Source: a virus
Strand: one strand, 5' to 3'
UHGV virus genome: UHGV-0168812
DNA length: 17,578 nucleotides
A program made the translations under genes and the position numbers. The notes beneath the pieces were generated by a model, which was given only the letters and a program-made list of their open reading frames with translations, ran no database searches and had not been told where the DNA came from. Each line of letters starts with the position of its first letter. The stretch's first letter is position 1. Positions 1 to 8,345 of this stretch are shown here, piece after piece.

Positions 1-298
1 CGCGCGTTGTTTCCGGTATATCGACTTTGATGTACGGGTTAATTTGTCTGGCGACCGTGGCAAGGTCTTTATTCAGGAGGGCTTTGCATTCTGCTTCGGT
101 ATACGTTTTACTGGGAATGATGTCTTTTCCTGTATGCCCGTAACATACAGTCCATACACCAACTATGTCTTTGTAAGGATTATGTCTCACACCTTCCAGA
201 CCATCGTTACCACTTGGGCCAGTGATTAACACAGATGCTATAGCAATAGCCCCGCCACCAATAGCAGCAGCAACGGCTTTTCGTAATGATGGAGGCAT
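1..298 (-). CDS. R: SAR endolysin (phage-21 R-type lysozyme), N-terminal part; gene continues beyond window start
   Basis: Minus-strand translation from ATG at 298-296 reads [37 protein letters not shown]..., a Gly/Ala-rich signal-anchor-release N-terminus followed by lysozyme-like sequence; ATG overlaps the holin stop (TAATG). Identity to phage 21 R is from memory. Confidence 0.85.
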   Translation of the reverse strand, partial: MPPSLRKAVAAAIGGGAIAIASVLITGPSGNDGLEGVRHNPYKDIVGVWTVCYGHTGKDIIPSKTYTEAECKALLNKDLATVARQINPYIKVDIPETTR

Positions 299-513
299 TA
301 TTCACCTCTCGCAGCCTTTCTTCTGTCTTCTCTGATTTTGAAGTACAGATTTGTCAGATAAGTCAGGAAGCCCATAACCAGACTCCCCAGTACACCAATC
401 GCAGCCCACTGTGACGGACTGACCTGATCAAGCCACTGTAAAAACCAGTAGCCAGCACTGCCTGCGGAGGTGCCGTAGGCAATGCCCGTTGAAATTTTAT
501 CCATGGATTTCAT
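298..513 (-). CDS. S: Class II pinholin, phage-21 S-type, 71 aa with dual-start motif
   Basis: ORF track 71 aa [30 protein letters not shown]...; two in-frame Met codons (M1 at 513-511, M4 at 504-502) match the antiholin/holin dual start; two hydrophobic segments; directly upstream of and overlapping the endolysin. Confidence 0.9.
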   Translation of the reverse strand: MKSMDKISTGIAYGTSAGSAGYWFLQWLDQVSPSQWAAIGVLGSLVMGFLTYLTNLYFKIREDRRKAARGE

Positions 514-786
514 AGCCTCACCTCCGCACGGAACGGATGGCGTAATTCTTATATCGGGAAGGGAAAAAAGAAGGCCGCAGCATAACTGTCACTGATGAGT
601 TCAGGACAGCCAGTGGCTACGGCTCAGTTTGGGTTGTGCTGTTGCTGGGCGGCGATGACGCCTGTACGCATTTGGTGATCCGGTTCTGCTTCCGGTATTC
701 GCTTAATTCAGCACAACGGAAAGAGCACTCAATGCATTTAAGCCAAGCCCCATAAGGGAGAATGCTCTTACCTGTTACACAGATAT

Positions 787-843
787 AAAAAATCCCGAAA
801 CCGTTATGCAGGCTCTAACTATTACCTGCGAACTGTTTCGGGA
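787..843 (-). terminator. tR' intrinsic terminator of the late leader transcript
   Basis: Minus-strand transcript ends CCCGAAAC...GTTTCGGG followed by a U-run (A-run at 787-792 on + strand); region matches lambda tR' as I recall it. Confidence 0.7.
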
Positions 844-978
844 TTGCATTTTACAGACCTCTCAGCCTGCGATGGTTGGAGTTCCAGACGATACGTCGAA
901 GTGACCAACTAGGCGGAATCGGTAGTAAGCGCCGCCTCTTTTTATCTCACTACCACAACGAGCGAATTAACCCATCGT
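787..978 (-). ncRNA. Lambda-type 6S late leader RNA (pR' start to tR')
   Basis: Minus-strand sequence downstream of the pR' -10 begins ACGATGGGTTAATTCGCTCGTTGTGGTAGTGAG..., as recalled for lambda 6S RNA, and ends at tR'. Confidence 0.6.
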
Positions 979-1014
979 TGGGTCAAATTTACCCAACTTT
1001 ATTCAAAAAGTCAA
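979..1014 (-). promoter_or_regulatory. Late promoter pR' with overlapping qut (Q utilisation) site
   Basis: Minus strand has -35 TTGACT (1014-1009), 17-nt spacer, -10 TAAATT (991-986), located just downstream of Q stop; sequence TTGACT...GGGTAAATTTGAC matches lambda pR'. Confidence 0.7.
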
Positions 1015-1056
1015 TATCATGCCGTTAATATGTTGCCATCCGTGGCAATCATGCTG

Positions 1057-1680
1057 CTAACGTGTAACCGCATTCAATATGTTGTCTGCGATTGACTCTT
1101 CTTTGTGGCATTGCACCACCAGAGCGTCATACAGCGGCTTAACAGTGCGTGACCAGGTGGGTTGAGTAAGGTTTGGGATTAGCATCGTTACAGCGCGATA
1201 TGCGGCGCTTGCTGGCATTCTTGAATAGCCGACACCTTTGCATCTTCCGCACTCTTTCTCAACAACTCTCCCCCACTGCTCTGTTTTGACAATATCAACC
1301 GCACGGCCTGTACCGTGGCAATCTCTGCATCTTGCACCCGGCGTCGCGGCACTACGGCAATAATCCGCATAAGCGAATGTTGCGAGCACTTGCAGTACCT
1401 TTGCCTTAGTATTTCCTTCAAGCTTTGCCACACCACGGTATTTCCCCGATACCTTGTGTGCAAATTGCATCAGATAGTTGATAGCCTTTTGTTTGTCGTT
1501 CTGGCTGAGTTCGTGCTTACCGCAGAATGCAGCCATTCCGAATCCGGCTTGTGATTGCGCCATCCCCATAGCTGCCATCACATCAGTACCGGAAAGAGAG
1601 TCAGAAGCCGTGGCCCGTGGTGAGTCGCTCATCATCGGGCTTTTTGGCGAATGAAATTTAGCTACGCTTTCGAGTCTCAT
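1057..1680 (-). CDS. Q: Late antiterminator Q, lambda type, 207 aa
   Basis: ORF track 207 aa [31 protein letters not shown]...[12 protein letters not shown]...[11 protein letters not shown] (zinc-binding cysteines); start ATG overlaps the upstream phosphatase stop (ATGA). Confidence 0.95.
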   Translation of the reverse strand: MRLESVAKFHSPKSPMMSDSPRATASDSLSGTDVMAAMGMAQSQAGFGMAAFCGKHELSQNDKQKAINYLMQFAHKVSGKYRGVAKLEGNTKAKVLQVLATFAYADYCRSAATPGARCRDCHGTGRAVDIVKTEQWGRVVEKECGRCKGVGYSRMPASAAYRAVTMLIPNLTQPTWSRTVKPLYDALVVQCHKEESIADNILNAVTR

Positions 1681-2342
1681 GCGCCTTCTCCCTGTACCTG
1701 AATCAATGTGAGGTTTCCGCAGAACACTGCGCCGGTATCGATATACATCTGGTTGGCAAACTTGAGTGGTTTCACTGCTGGCGTATGACCAAAGATGAAC
1801 ATGTCCGCGCCTTTGATTTCTTTCACGATCCCGTCTTGTGAGTTGCTGATTCGTTCGCGGTTCCAGATTACCTGCTGATGATCAACTGGCTTTCCAAACT
1901 CGTATTCGTCACAAGGATAATCGGCGTGGCAGATGACATATTTTTTATCTTTGCTCACCAGTTCGATGATTAACGGAAGTTCATCTGCTTTATGGGCAAG
2001 AGCTTTAGCCAGAATTTCTTTGTCGTAATCGAGATTAAAGAACCAGCCACCGCCATTAAGCAGCCAGTGATTGACGTTTCCACGCTCTGATAAGCCATCA
2101 ATCATCATGTGCTCATGGTTTCCACGTACAGCTCTGAACCAGGGGAATGTGATTAATTCCAGGCATTCAACGTTCTCTGCACCACGATCAACCAAATCGC
2201 CAACCGAGATAAGCAGGTCTTTTTTGGTGTCGAATCCAATCGTATCCAGTTTGTTCATCAGGTTCGTGTAGCATCCGTGCAGGTCGCCAGCTACCCAAAT
2301 ATTTCGGTATTTGCTGCCATCAATTCTTTCGTAGATATTCAT
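1677..2342 (-). CDS. Ser/Thr protein phosphatase, lambda PPase (orf221) type, 221 aa
   Basis: ORF track 221 aa with calcineurin-like metallophosphatase motifs GDLHGCY, GDLVDRG, GNHE; position between nin genes and Q as in lambda. Confidence 0.95.
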   Translation of the reverse strand: MNIYERIDGSKYRNIWVAGDLHGCYTNLMNKLDTIGFDTKKDLLISVGDLVDRGAENVECLELITFPWFRAVRGNHEHMMIDGLSERGNVNHWLLNGGGWFFNLDYDKEILAKALAHKADELPLIIELVSKDKKYVICHADYPCDEYEFGKPVDHQQVIWNRERISNSQDGIVKEIKGADMFIFGHTPAVKPLKFANQMYIDTGAVFCGNLTLIQVQGEGA

Positions 2343-2950
2343 GCTGCCTCACTTCTGCTGTTTCGCAGATTTTTAAGTTTCTGCTGATACTCCGCCTTGA
2401 TGGCCCTGCACTCTTCGACAGTCCAGCGATGGCGGTTATGGTTTAATTCGATTTCGTCTACTGCTTCCTGCCCGATGCGATTAATCAGTTCGACGCGATA
2501 CGGAACGAGATTTCCGCTTTTGTGCTGGTTGCACACCACGCATTGCTTGTGAATATTGCGTTCATCAAATCGGAGTTGAGGTGCCGCAGCAGTTGTCCGG
2601 TAATGTCCGGCATCCCACTGAGCAGACGTGAGCGTTCCGCACGAGATACATGGTAAGTCGCGGTCTCTTTCTCTGATGAAGGCGTTTACGGCTTGTTGGG
2701 CTTGTTTAATCCAGTAACTGCGGGGCTTTAAGGCGAGTTTTCGAATCTTAAGTTTATCTTTCTGTTTCTGCTCCTCTCGTCGTCGTTTCTTCTCTGCTGC
2801 TTTTTCCGCTTTTTCGCGTTCTTTACTTCGTCGTTCGAGTGCTATCTTGGTTCCACACTCTGGAGAGCACCACCACTGATTAGCGAATGCAGGATGAAAC
2901 CATTCCCGACATTTATCGTTTTTACATCATCTTCGCGCTGGTTTAGCCAT
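2339..2950 (-). pseudogene. ninG: ninG (rap) homolog interrupted by an in-frame TGA at codon 8
   Basis: ATG at 2950-2948 overlaps ninF end; reading frame gives MAKPARR then TGA (2929-2927), then stays open for about 195 codons to the stop at 2339, encoding ...[33 protein letters not shown]...[22 protein letters not shown].... The ORF track only reports the C-terminal 66 aa (2339..2539). Confidence 0.8.
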
Positions 2951-3155
2951 CGTCTTCTTCCTCGTGCATCGAGCTATTCGGATCGCTCATCAGTTCTGCA
3001 CAGCAGTGCTCACACACGTGAACTTCCAGCACATGCAGCTTCTGACCGCAATTAGCGCACGTTAAAGCCCGCTCGACGCTTTCTTGTTCGTAACTTCGAT
3101 TTTGGTCAATCACCTTGTTTTCCTCGCACGATGTCTTAGCCACCGGATATCCCAC
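2943..3155 (-). CDS. ninF: NinF-like small zinc-finger protein
   Basis: ORF track 70 aa ending ...[46 protein letters not shown]; true start may be the GTG at 3113 that overlaps the ninE stop (GTGA), giving about 56 aa. Confidence 0.8.
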   Translation of the reverse strand: MGYPVAKTSCEENKVIDQNRSYEQESVERALTCANCGQKLHVLEVHVCEHCCAELMSDPNSSMHEEEDDG

Positions 3156-3292
3156 AGGTGAGCCGTGTAGTTGAAGGTTTTTACGTCAGATTCTTTTGGG
3201 ATTGGCTTGCGTTTATTTCTGGAGCGTTTCGTTGGAAGGTATTTGCAGTTTTCGCAGATGATGTCGGTGAAACTTCGTCGCTGTCGCCTCAT
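3110..3292 (-). CDS. ninE: NinE-like protein, 60 aa
   Basis: [52 protein letters not shown]...; start chosen at the ATG that overlaps the ninB stop (ATGA) rather than the longer track ORF. Confidence 0.8.
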   Translation of the reverse strand: MRRQRRSFTDIICENCKYLPTKRSRNKRKPIPKESDVKTFNYTAHLWDIRWLRHRARKTR

Positions 3293-3735
3293 GCCTCCCT
3301 CCCTGTTCGTTGTGACCATTCATACTCTCGCCGGGAGTCATCACTCCACCGCACGTTGCGCTCTGAGCCGAACCAAAACATGATTTCGATAAGCTCAGTC
3401 ATGCTGGCCTTTCGCATTTTGCTGGTACGCACGCCAAGCATGACAACGCCACCGTCGATACCAGGCACACTTCGTTGCTCCAGTTTTTTGGTCTTAAGCC
3501 ACAGGGCAGTGAACAGGTCTTTCCAGTCTTCCGGCGCCAGCCGTTGACCATGCCATAGCACCTGACGCGAAACATCGTTCAGCATCGGCCACATACGGTC
3601 ATTCTGCGCTTTGCTACGCTTGGATTCTTTAACGTGGACTTCGTGGGGTGACTTGTCGTCGATGGGAAGTGAGAGTATTGCGTCTATGGCGTTATTTCTG
3701 ATTGCTTCGTTGCGAAGCATGTATATTTGCCTCAC
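3289..3735 (-). CDS. ninB: NinB-like recombination protein, 148 aa
   Basis: ORF track 148 aa; size and position immediately upstream of ninE match lambdoid ninB; sequence assignment by position and length rather than a confirmed motif. Confidence 0.7.
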   Translation of the reverse strand: MRQIYMLRNEAIRNNAIDAILSLPIDDKSPHEVHVKESKRSKAQNDRMWPMLNDVSRQVLWHGQRLAPEDWKDLFTALWLKTKKLEQRSVPGIDGGVVMLGVRTSKMRKASMTELIEIMFWFGSERNVRWSDDSRREYEWSQRTGREA

Positions 3736-3854
3736 CCTTAAACCTCCTGAATCGCATTCTGACTAACTTTTGCATCTCGCCACCTAATTACATGCCTGAG
3801 CAATGATTAGGTCGCCACAGGCTTATTTATGTGGCTTAAAATCGATTTTGCTTA

Positions 3855-3890
3855 CATACAAACAAAAGGCCTACGATTACCAGCAGGCCT
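3855..3890 (-). terminator. Hairpin plus T-rich tract downstream of the HNH gene (possibly bidirectional)
   Basis: Self-complementary AGGCCT at 3867-3872 and 3885-3890 flanking a 12-nt loop, followed on the minus strand by TTTGTTTGT and on the plus strand by TTATCTTTTTTT. Confidence 0.4.
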
Positions 3891-4502
3891 TTATCTTTTT
3901 TTAACACGCTTTCGAGTCCTTTTAGATTTTTCCTTAAGATATTCCGCAAGTTTATCCTCATCATTATTAAATTGAGATAAAAGCTCATGCTCGCAATTAA
4001 GTGCTTTACTCGCATAAGTTCCATATAGTTTCTTTCTTGCTAGTGCTGCTATGAATGCTGCATCTTCTTTGCTATCGAAATACCCTAACGATATTGTCTT
4101 ATTTTTATAACCAACATAAGACTTCCACCTGCCAGTTGTCTTATCCCAAGACACTCCAATCGCACCGGATGTGTTTAACCTATTCCCTACAATGTTTCTT
4201 GCATTCTGCTCCTCTGTTGCCAGTCTTAGATTTGAAATCCTATTGTCAAGTCTGTTCCCATTTACATGATCAATAAACTTAGGAGGCCATTTTTTGTATA
4301 CATAGAACCAAGCAAGTCTATGCGCATAATACAAAACATTATTTATGCTAATGCATATATAACCACCACTAACACCTCCAGCAATACTACCTTTTACTCT
4401 TACTACTGAATTTGTTTTTAGCCATTTAAATATTCCTGTTTCTGAGTCATATGATAATGTTGACAGAAGCTCATCGTGATCAATTAGTTTTTTTATTCGC
4501 AT
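3891..4502 (-). CDS. HNH homing endonuclease with C-terminal AP2-like DNA-binding domain, 203 aa
   Basis: ORF track 203 aa with HRLAWFYVYKKW...IDHVNGNRLDNRISNLRLATEEQNARN (HNH motif) and GVSWDKTTGRWKSYVGYKNKTISLGYFDSKEDAA (AP2-like); visibly AT-rich relative to flanks. Confidence 0.85.
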   Translation of the reverse strand: MRIKKLIDHDELLSTLSYDSETGIFKWLKTNSVVRVKGSIAGGVSGGYICISINNVLYYAHRLAWFYVYKKWPPKFIDHVNGNRLDNRISNLRLATEEQNARNIVGNRLNTSGAIGVSWDKTTGRWKSYVGYKNKTISLGYFDSKEDAAFIAALARKKLYGTYASKALNCEHELLSQFNNDEDKLAEYLKEKSKRTRKRVKKR

Positions 4503-4584
4503 AAAGAATATACTTAATAATATATACAGTAAGAACCATTAGTAACGATAACCCTGCTATCAGCTCAGTGATGTAGATGGCCAT

Positions 4585-6465
4585 TTAATACTCCGTCACG
4601 TTTTCCTGTCGCCACGCCTCGTCATATTCCGATTTCGGCATATTGGCGATGTAGCTATATGGCGATCCTGATTCAAGTTGCAGGAACTGGTGCGATTGCT
4701 CGTCAAGGAACAACGGGACACCACCTTCCCAACCTTCGCCGTTACGTTGTTTTTCAAGCATCAAAACAGATGCCGGAGACACCAGTAGCTGTTCGTCCTT
4801 CTCTGACATCTGTTCACCGCTTTGAACTCTCTGTAACGCTCTCTCGCGAGCCTTGTTACGCCAGATGATAAAAAGGTTGTCTGTCAGGTCTGTTATCGCT
4901 CCAGAGCCTTTTACGTCCATTTTCCCGGTTGGTTTTTCTTCGCTGTCTCCTTTTCGCGAGTGAGTAACGAGAATGACGTGGGAGTTTGTTTTGTTTTTGA
5001 AGTCGCAAATCGAGTCAACAAACGCCTTCTGCCCGTTATAGTCATCGTCGCCTATGCCACATTTCATCAGGCTGTCGATGATGAATAACTGGATCCCGTA
5101 TCGGCGGCGAGCGTAGTCGAATATTTCGATCAGCCTGTCGGCTTTCGCCGTTCCGGTCAGGCCAAACACCCAAAGTCTTTCGTCATAAAATTTAAATGCA
5201 GAGTCAATTTCCAGCACTGGCGGCATCTTGCAGCACGTCGCCTGACGGGTAAGGCGCTTAAGGAGAATACCAGGCTTCAGCTCAAGTGACGCGATGCACG
5301 TCTTCACACCCTGACGCATTGCCTCAAGTGCCATATGCCCGACAACCTCCGTTTTTCCGTGACCGTTCACCCCATTGACCAGCGTCAACTCTGCCTCACG
5401 GAACTGGAATTTATCTGCCAGAGATTCCCACGGTGGATTAAACAGATACTGCTGCTTGCCGTAGAAAGCGTTGATAGTGTCCTGGTAAAACTCTCGCGCG
5501 CTGTAGAGTTCTTCAGGATCGAAGTAGGATGCCGTGCCGATGTACTGCCAGATTTCATCCTCGGTAACACCGTTCATCAGGCATTCGTTGATGTCTTTGT
5601 ACGGCAGAGTAACAAGACGGCAACGATGTTCACCGAGTCGGCTTGCGATTTCCCTTGCGGCTTCACGACCAACATCATCAACGTCCATCGAGATGAATAT
5701 TTCCTCAAACCTGTCGAGGTTGTGATACTCAAACTCAATCCACTGTTGCTTAGCGCCTTTCCCGCCACCAAACGGCACGGATAACGCCGAGATGCCGTAT
5801 TGCGCATAGCTCATACAATCAATTTCGCCTTCGCAAAGCACAACCGCCCTCACGCCAGCGTCCAGAGCCTGCCATCCGAACAGGCAAGGTTCGCAATCAC
5901 CTTCTGCCATAATGACTTTCTTCCCGTCCGGGCGCTCAGTGCTGATTCGCTTGACCTGCAACAACTCACCATCGCGTTTGTACGGAATCACCAGAGCATC
6001 CAGTTCCCGCTCTCCATTCCACACCTTGCCGCTGACAACCTCGTAGCGCTTTACGATTTCTGGCGATATGCCACGCGATTGCAGGTACTCAAGATGGGAT
6101 TCTGTTCTGGTAACGTAGCGGGCGATTTTCTTGCGATCAGGTCTGGAGAATTTCTTCTCACGTCTGGCATCGAAATGGTGATCGTCATCCTTGATACCGA
6201 GAAATGCTTTCGCTTCCTGCATAGCCTGATGCAGGTTAATTCCACGACATGCCATCCACAAATCAAGCATGTCACCGCCGTCTCCCTCAGCGAAATCAGC
6301 CCATTTTTTCTTGCCGCTAAGGTTGACCTTAAGGCTGTTTCCCTTGTCACCGTTGACGTTACCGGCAACCCACTCATGCCCCTCTTTCTTGCCATTTGGC
6401 AACAGGTGCGGAGCCACCCTGTCAACCTGCGCCCAAAGCAGGTCGCTAAGTTCACTTGGCCTCAT
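4585..6465 (-). CDS. Bifunctional DNA primase / replicative helicase (Toprim plus DnaB-like ATPase), 626 aa
   Basis: ORF track 626 aa; Toprim-like VVLCEGEIDCMSYAQYG...FISMDVDDVGREAA; Walker A LVNGVNGHGKTE and Walker B-like LFIIDSLMK in the C-terminal half. Confidence 0.9.
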   Translation of the reverse strand: MRPSELSDLLWAQVDRVAPHLLPNGKKEGHEWVAGNVNGDKGNSLKVNLSGKKKWADFAEGDGGDMLDLWMACRGINLHQAMQEAKAFLGIKDDDHHFDARREKKFSRPDRKKIARYVTRTESHLEYLQSRGISPEIVKRYEVVSGKVWNGERELDALVIPYKRDGELLQVKRISTERPDGKKVIMAEGDCEPCLFGWQALDAGVRAVVLCEGEIDCMSYAQYGISALSVPFGGGKGAKQQWIEFEYHNLDRFEEIFISMDVDDVGREAAREIASRLGEHRCRLVTLPYKDINECLMNGVTEDEIWQYIGTASYFDPEELYSAREFYQDTINAFYGKQQYLFNPPWESLADKFQFREAELTLVNGVNGHGKTEVVGHMALEAMRQGVKTCIASLELKPGILLKRLTRQATCCKMPPVLEIDSAFKFYDERLWVFGLTGTAKADRLIEIFDYARRRYGIQLFIIDSLMKCGIGDDDYNGQKAFVDSICDFKNKTNSHVILVTHSRKGDSEEKPTGKMDVKGSGAITDLTDNLFIIWRNKARERALQRVQSGEQMSEKDEQLLVSPASVLMLEKQRNGEGWEGGVPLFLDEQSHQFLQLESGSPYSYIANMPKSEYDEAWRQENVTEY

Positions 6466-6569
6466 GATTCCCTCAGATTGAGATTTTTAAACCAGAAATC
6501 GACAAACGAAATACTTAACCAGCCGTGGTTATAACCAGCGACCAGTAGCGATTTGATTTTTGATTTCAT
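6462..6569 (-). CDS. Small hydrophobic ORF (33 aa) translationally coupled between the O-like gene and the primase-helicase
   Basis: ATG at 6569-6567 preceded by AGGTGA; MKSKIKSLLVAGYNHGWLSISFVDFWFKNLNLRES; stop TGA overlaps primase ATG. Too short for the ORF track. Confidence 0.3.
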   Translation of the reverse strand: MKSKIKSLLVAGYNHGWLSISFVDFWFKNLNLRES

Positions 6570-6572
6570 GGT

Positions 6573-7433
6573 TCACCTGTCGAAAAACACGTAGCCAGTT
6601 TTCGATACGGTGATTGCGGATGATGGTTTGGATTGTGGTTGAATGGTTTCTGGCTTTTCGTCGTTCCAGCGCTGACCGTTCAAGTAGCTCGATGGTAACA
6701 ACCTGTCGAATCCGAACTGCTTACCATTCCTGCATGCGATGTCTTCTGCCAGCATCGTGGCAAACTCGCTTGCCGTACCCCTGGTAGTTTTACGCCATTC
6801 CCTGAACTGTGTTCTGAATGCCGAAGCTGCGTTTTTTTTCCCGGCTTTCCGCATGCCTGCACACCAGAATATTTCCTCGAATGCCTTGTCGGTTTCTTCG
6901 TGACGGTCAGATGATTTTTCACACTCCGTCCGAACACTTTCGGACATAGTGTTTTTATTATTTCTTTTTTCTTTTGTAATAGTTTCTTTTGTGTGTCCCT
7001 GTTTTGGTGACAGCGCTGTCACCGTTTTGGTGACACTTTTTGTCACCAATGCAGTGACATTATCACCAGAGTAGTGACACCCTTCGATTTGCCATTCCTC
7101 GATGTTCTTGTTAGGCCCGATTTGCTGGCCTTCGCGAAGGATTACCTTCATCGCGATAAGCTCATTCTTGGCCTTGTTTACCTTCTGTCTTGGCAGCCTG
7201 GTAATTTGAGCTAACTGACTATCAGAGATGCGATCCATCTTTTTACCGTATCCGTATGTTTTACGGCATATGGCGTGGGCAACCTTGCTCTGATTTTTTG
7301 TTAAATCTGCGCCGATAAGCTCTTCATACAGGGCATTTGCAAGACGGGTATAACCATCTTCAACTTCTGCCACACGACGCTCCACAGGCCGTTGTGAGGG
7401 CCTTAAATGTGTTACGGTTGCAAGATTACTCAT
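6573..7433 (-). CDS. Replication initiator with lambda-O-like N-terminal domain and unrelated C-terminal domain, 286 aa
   Basis: N-terminus ...[58 protein letters not shown]... resembles lambda O N-terminal DNA-binding domain; iterons lie inside the gene; followed by primase-helicase instead of a P-like loader. Confidence 0.85.
   Translation of the reverse strand: MSNLATVTHLRPSQRPVERRVAEVEDGYTRLANALYEELIGADLTKNQSKVAHAICRKTYGYGKKMDRISDSQLAQITRLPRQKVNKAKNELIAMKVILREGQQIGPNKNIEEWQIEGCHYSGDNVTALVTKSVTKTVTALSPKQGHTKETITKEKRNNKNTMSESVRTECEKSSDRHEETDKAFEEIFWCAGMRKAGKKNAASAFRTQFREWRKTTRGTASEFATMLAEDIACRNGKQFGFDRLLPSSYLNGQRWNDEKPETIQPQSKPSSAITVSKTGYVFFDR
6945..7085. repeat. Putative replication origin: GTGACA iterons plus adjacent AT-rich tract inside the O-like gene
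   Basis: GGTGACAGCGCTGTCACC (7006-7023), GGTGACACTTTTTGTCACC (7029-7047), GTGACATTATCACC (7054-7067), GTGACAC (7074-7080), spaced about 23 bp; AT-rich run TTTTTATTATTTCTTTTTTCTTTTGTAATAGTTTCTTTT at about 6950-6990. Confidence 0.6.
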
Positions 7434-7572
7434 GACCTTTCTCCTTCTGCATCAGCTTCACTTTTTCCAACTCAGCCCGGAATCGACCAGGCTGCTTGAA
7501 GCTGGACAGGAAGCGATCACGTAGTATGTGTTTGTGAATTTTGTCCTGGTAAGGACTGAGTTGTTTTGTCAT
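7426..7572 (-). CDS. Small hypothetical protein (48 aa) between cII and the O-like gene
   Basis: Hand translation [48 protein letters not shown]; AGGAG 5 nt upstream of ATG; stop overlaps O-like start region. Confidence 0.45.
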   Translation of the reverse strand: MTKQLSPYQDKIHKHILRDRFLSSFKQPGRFRAELEKVKLMQKEKGHE

Positions 7573-7604
7573 AATTACTCCTGTGGATTGATCCAGTAAT
7601 TCCC

Positions 7605-7901
7605 TCAGAATTGCATATCAATTTGCTTAAAATCCTCGGTGGCAGCCGGGGATTTTTTCTTTGTGATTTCATCAAGCGCATACTTAAAAGCCCTGCTAAT
7701 CGGACTGATGTCTGATGCCATTCCGAAAGCACACAAGACCGAAGCAATAAATCTCCAGTCCGTTCTGCTTATCTTCGATTCATGACAGCCAATCATCTTT
7801 GCCAGACCGCGCTGGGTAAGCGTTGACAGGTTGATGAGTAAATCTGTTTCTGCGCGATCAACGTCGCGCTGTGATAGTTTGCTGTAACTTGTTTGTTCCA
7901 T
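7605..7901 (-). CDS. cII: CII-like transcriptional activator, 98 aa
   Basis: ORF track 98 aa; HTH region and C-terminal ...[18 protein letters not shown] resembling lambda CII C-terminus; position between cro and replication genes. Confidence 0.85.
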   Translation of the reverse strand: MEQTSYSKLSQRDVDRAETDLLINLSTLTQRGLAKMIGCHESKISRTDWRFIASVLCAFGMASDISPISRAFKYALDEITKKKSPAATEDFKQIDMQF

Positions 7902-7986
7902 TTTTTAAGATTTCCAATAGTGAATAGTTAGTTGAAAGGTATGCGTGGAAACGCATATGGCCTTAGTTGGTCAGATATATTGGGAC

Positions 7987-8033
7987 TCGCTTTGTCAGCG
8001 ACGTAGGACGAATGTCCATTGTGAAAATAGCGG
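7987..8033 (-). promoter_or_regulatory. nutR-like site: boxA-like CGCTATTTTCAC and P22-type boxB hairpin
   Basis: Minus strand reads CGCTATTTTCACA (from 8033-8020) then about 19 nt later UCGCUGACAAAGCGA (8001-7987), a 5-bp stem with GACAA loop; lies just downstream of cro stop. Confidence 0.55.
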
Positions 8034-8039
8034 TGTTAC

Positions 8040-8267
8040 TTATGCAGCCAGAAGGTTCTTTTTGCTTATTTCAAGCATTTCGCTTGCTTGATATTTGCCA
8101 CCAGAAATCTCTTCGATTTTTGATGCGTATTTCGTTTTCCCAAAAAACTCAGTCTTAGGGAGGAAGCCGTTTTTGAGCCACTTATAGACAGCTCTTTCGC
8201 TAACTCCACAAGCCTTCGCAACTTCAGGGATGCCGACACCTTTAATCGGCTCATCAAGATTTTGCAT
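8040..8267 (-). CDS. cro: Cro-like repressor (HTH), about 75 aa
   Basis: Track ORF 8040..8300; start placed at internal ATG (8267-8265) which has AAGGA upstream; MQNLDEPIKGVGIPEVAKACGVSERAVYKWLKNG... HTH; divergent from cI. Confidence 0.75.
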   Translation of the reverse strand: MQNLDEPIKGVGIPEVAKACGVSERAVYKWLKNGFLPKTEFFGKTKYASKIEEISGGKYQASEMLEISKKNLLAA

Positions 8268-8345
8268 AGGGATATCCTTTTTCGTACTTTCAGTACGCAT
8301 TATGATTGAACTGAAAGTTTTTGCAAGTGCTTTAGTATCGTACTC
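8268..8345. promoter_or_regulatory. Immunity operator region (OR-like, three dyads) containing divergent promoters for cro and cI
   Basis: CGTACTTTCAGTACG (8283-8297), GAACTGAAAGTT (about 8307-8318) and AGTATCGTACT (about 8332-8342); centres about 23-24 bp apart. Confidence 0.6.

Noticed and set aside
520-1056. Possible tRNA genes or a toxin gene in the Q-to-S interval, as in Stx-converting phages
   Set aside because: The interval reads as lambda pR'/6S/tR' sequence with no cloverleaf-like segment and no additional ORF; it is too short for an stx operon.
1188-1554. ORFs of 91 aa (minus) and 79 aa (plus) inside the Q gene
   Set aside because: Alternative-frame or antisense ORFs within a well-supported Q coding sequence.
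2339-2539. 66-aa track ORF that could be taken as an independent ninH-like gene
   Set aside because: It is in frame with, and is the C-terminal part of, the ninG reading frame that starts at 2950 and is interrupted by TGA at codon 8; the sequence continues NinG-like upstream of the GTG.
5335-6534. Plus-strand ORFs of 149, 244 and 70 aa inside the primase-helicase gene
   Set aside because: They are antisense to a long, motif-rich coding sequence, have no SD-start arrangement and are typical shadow ORFs.
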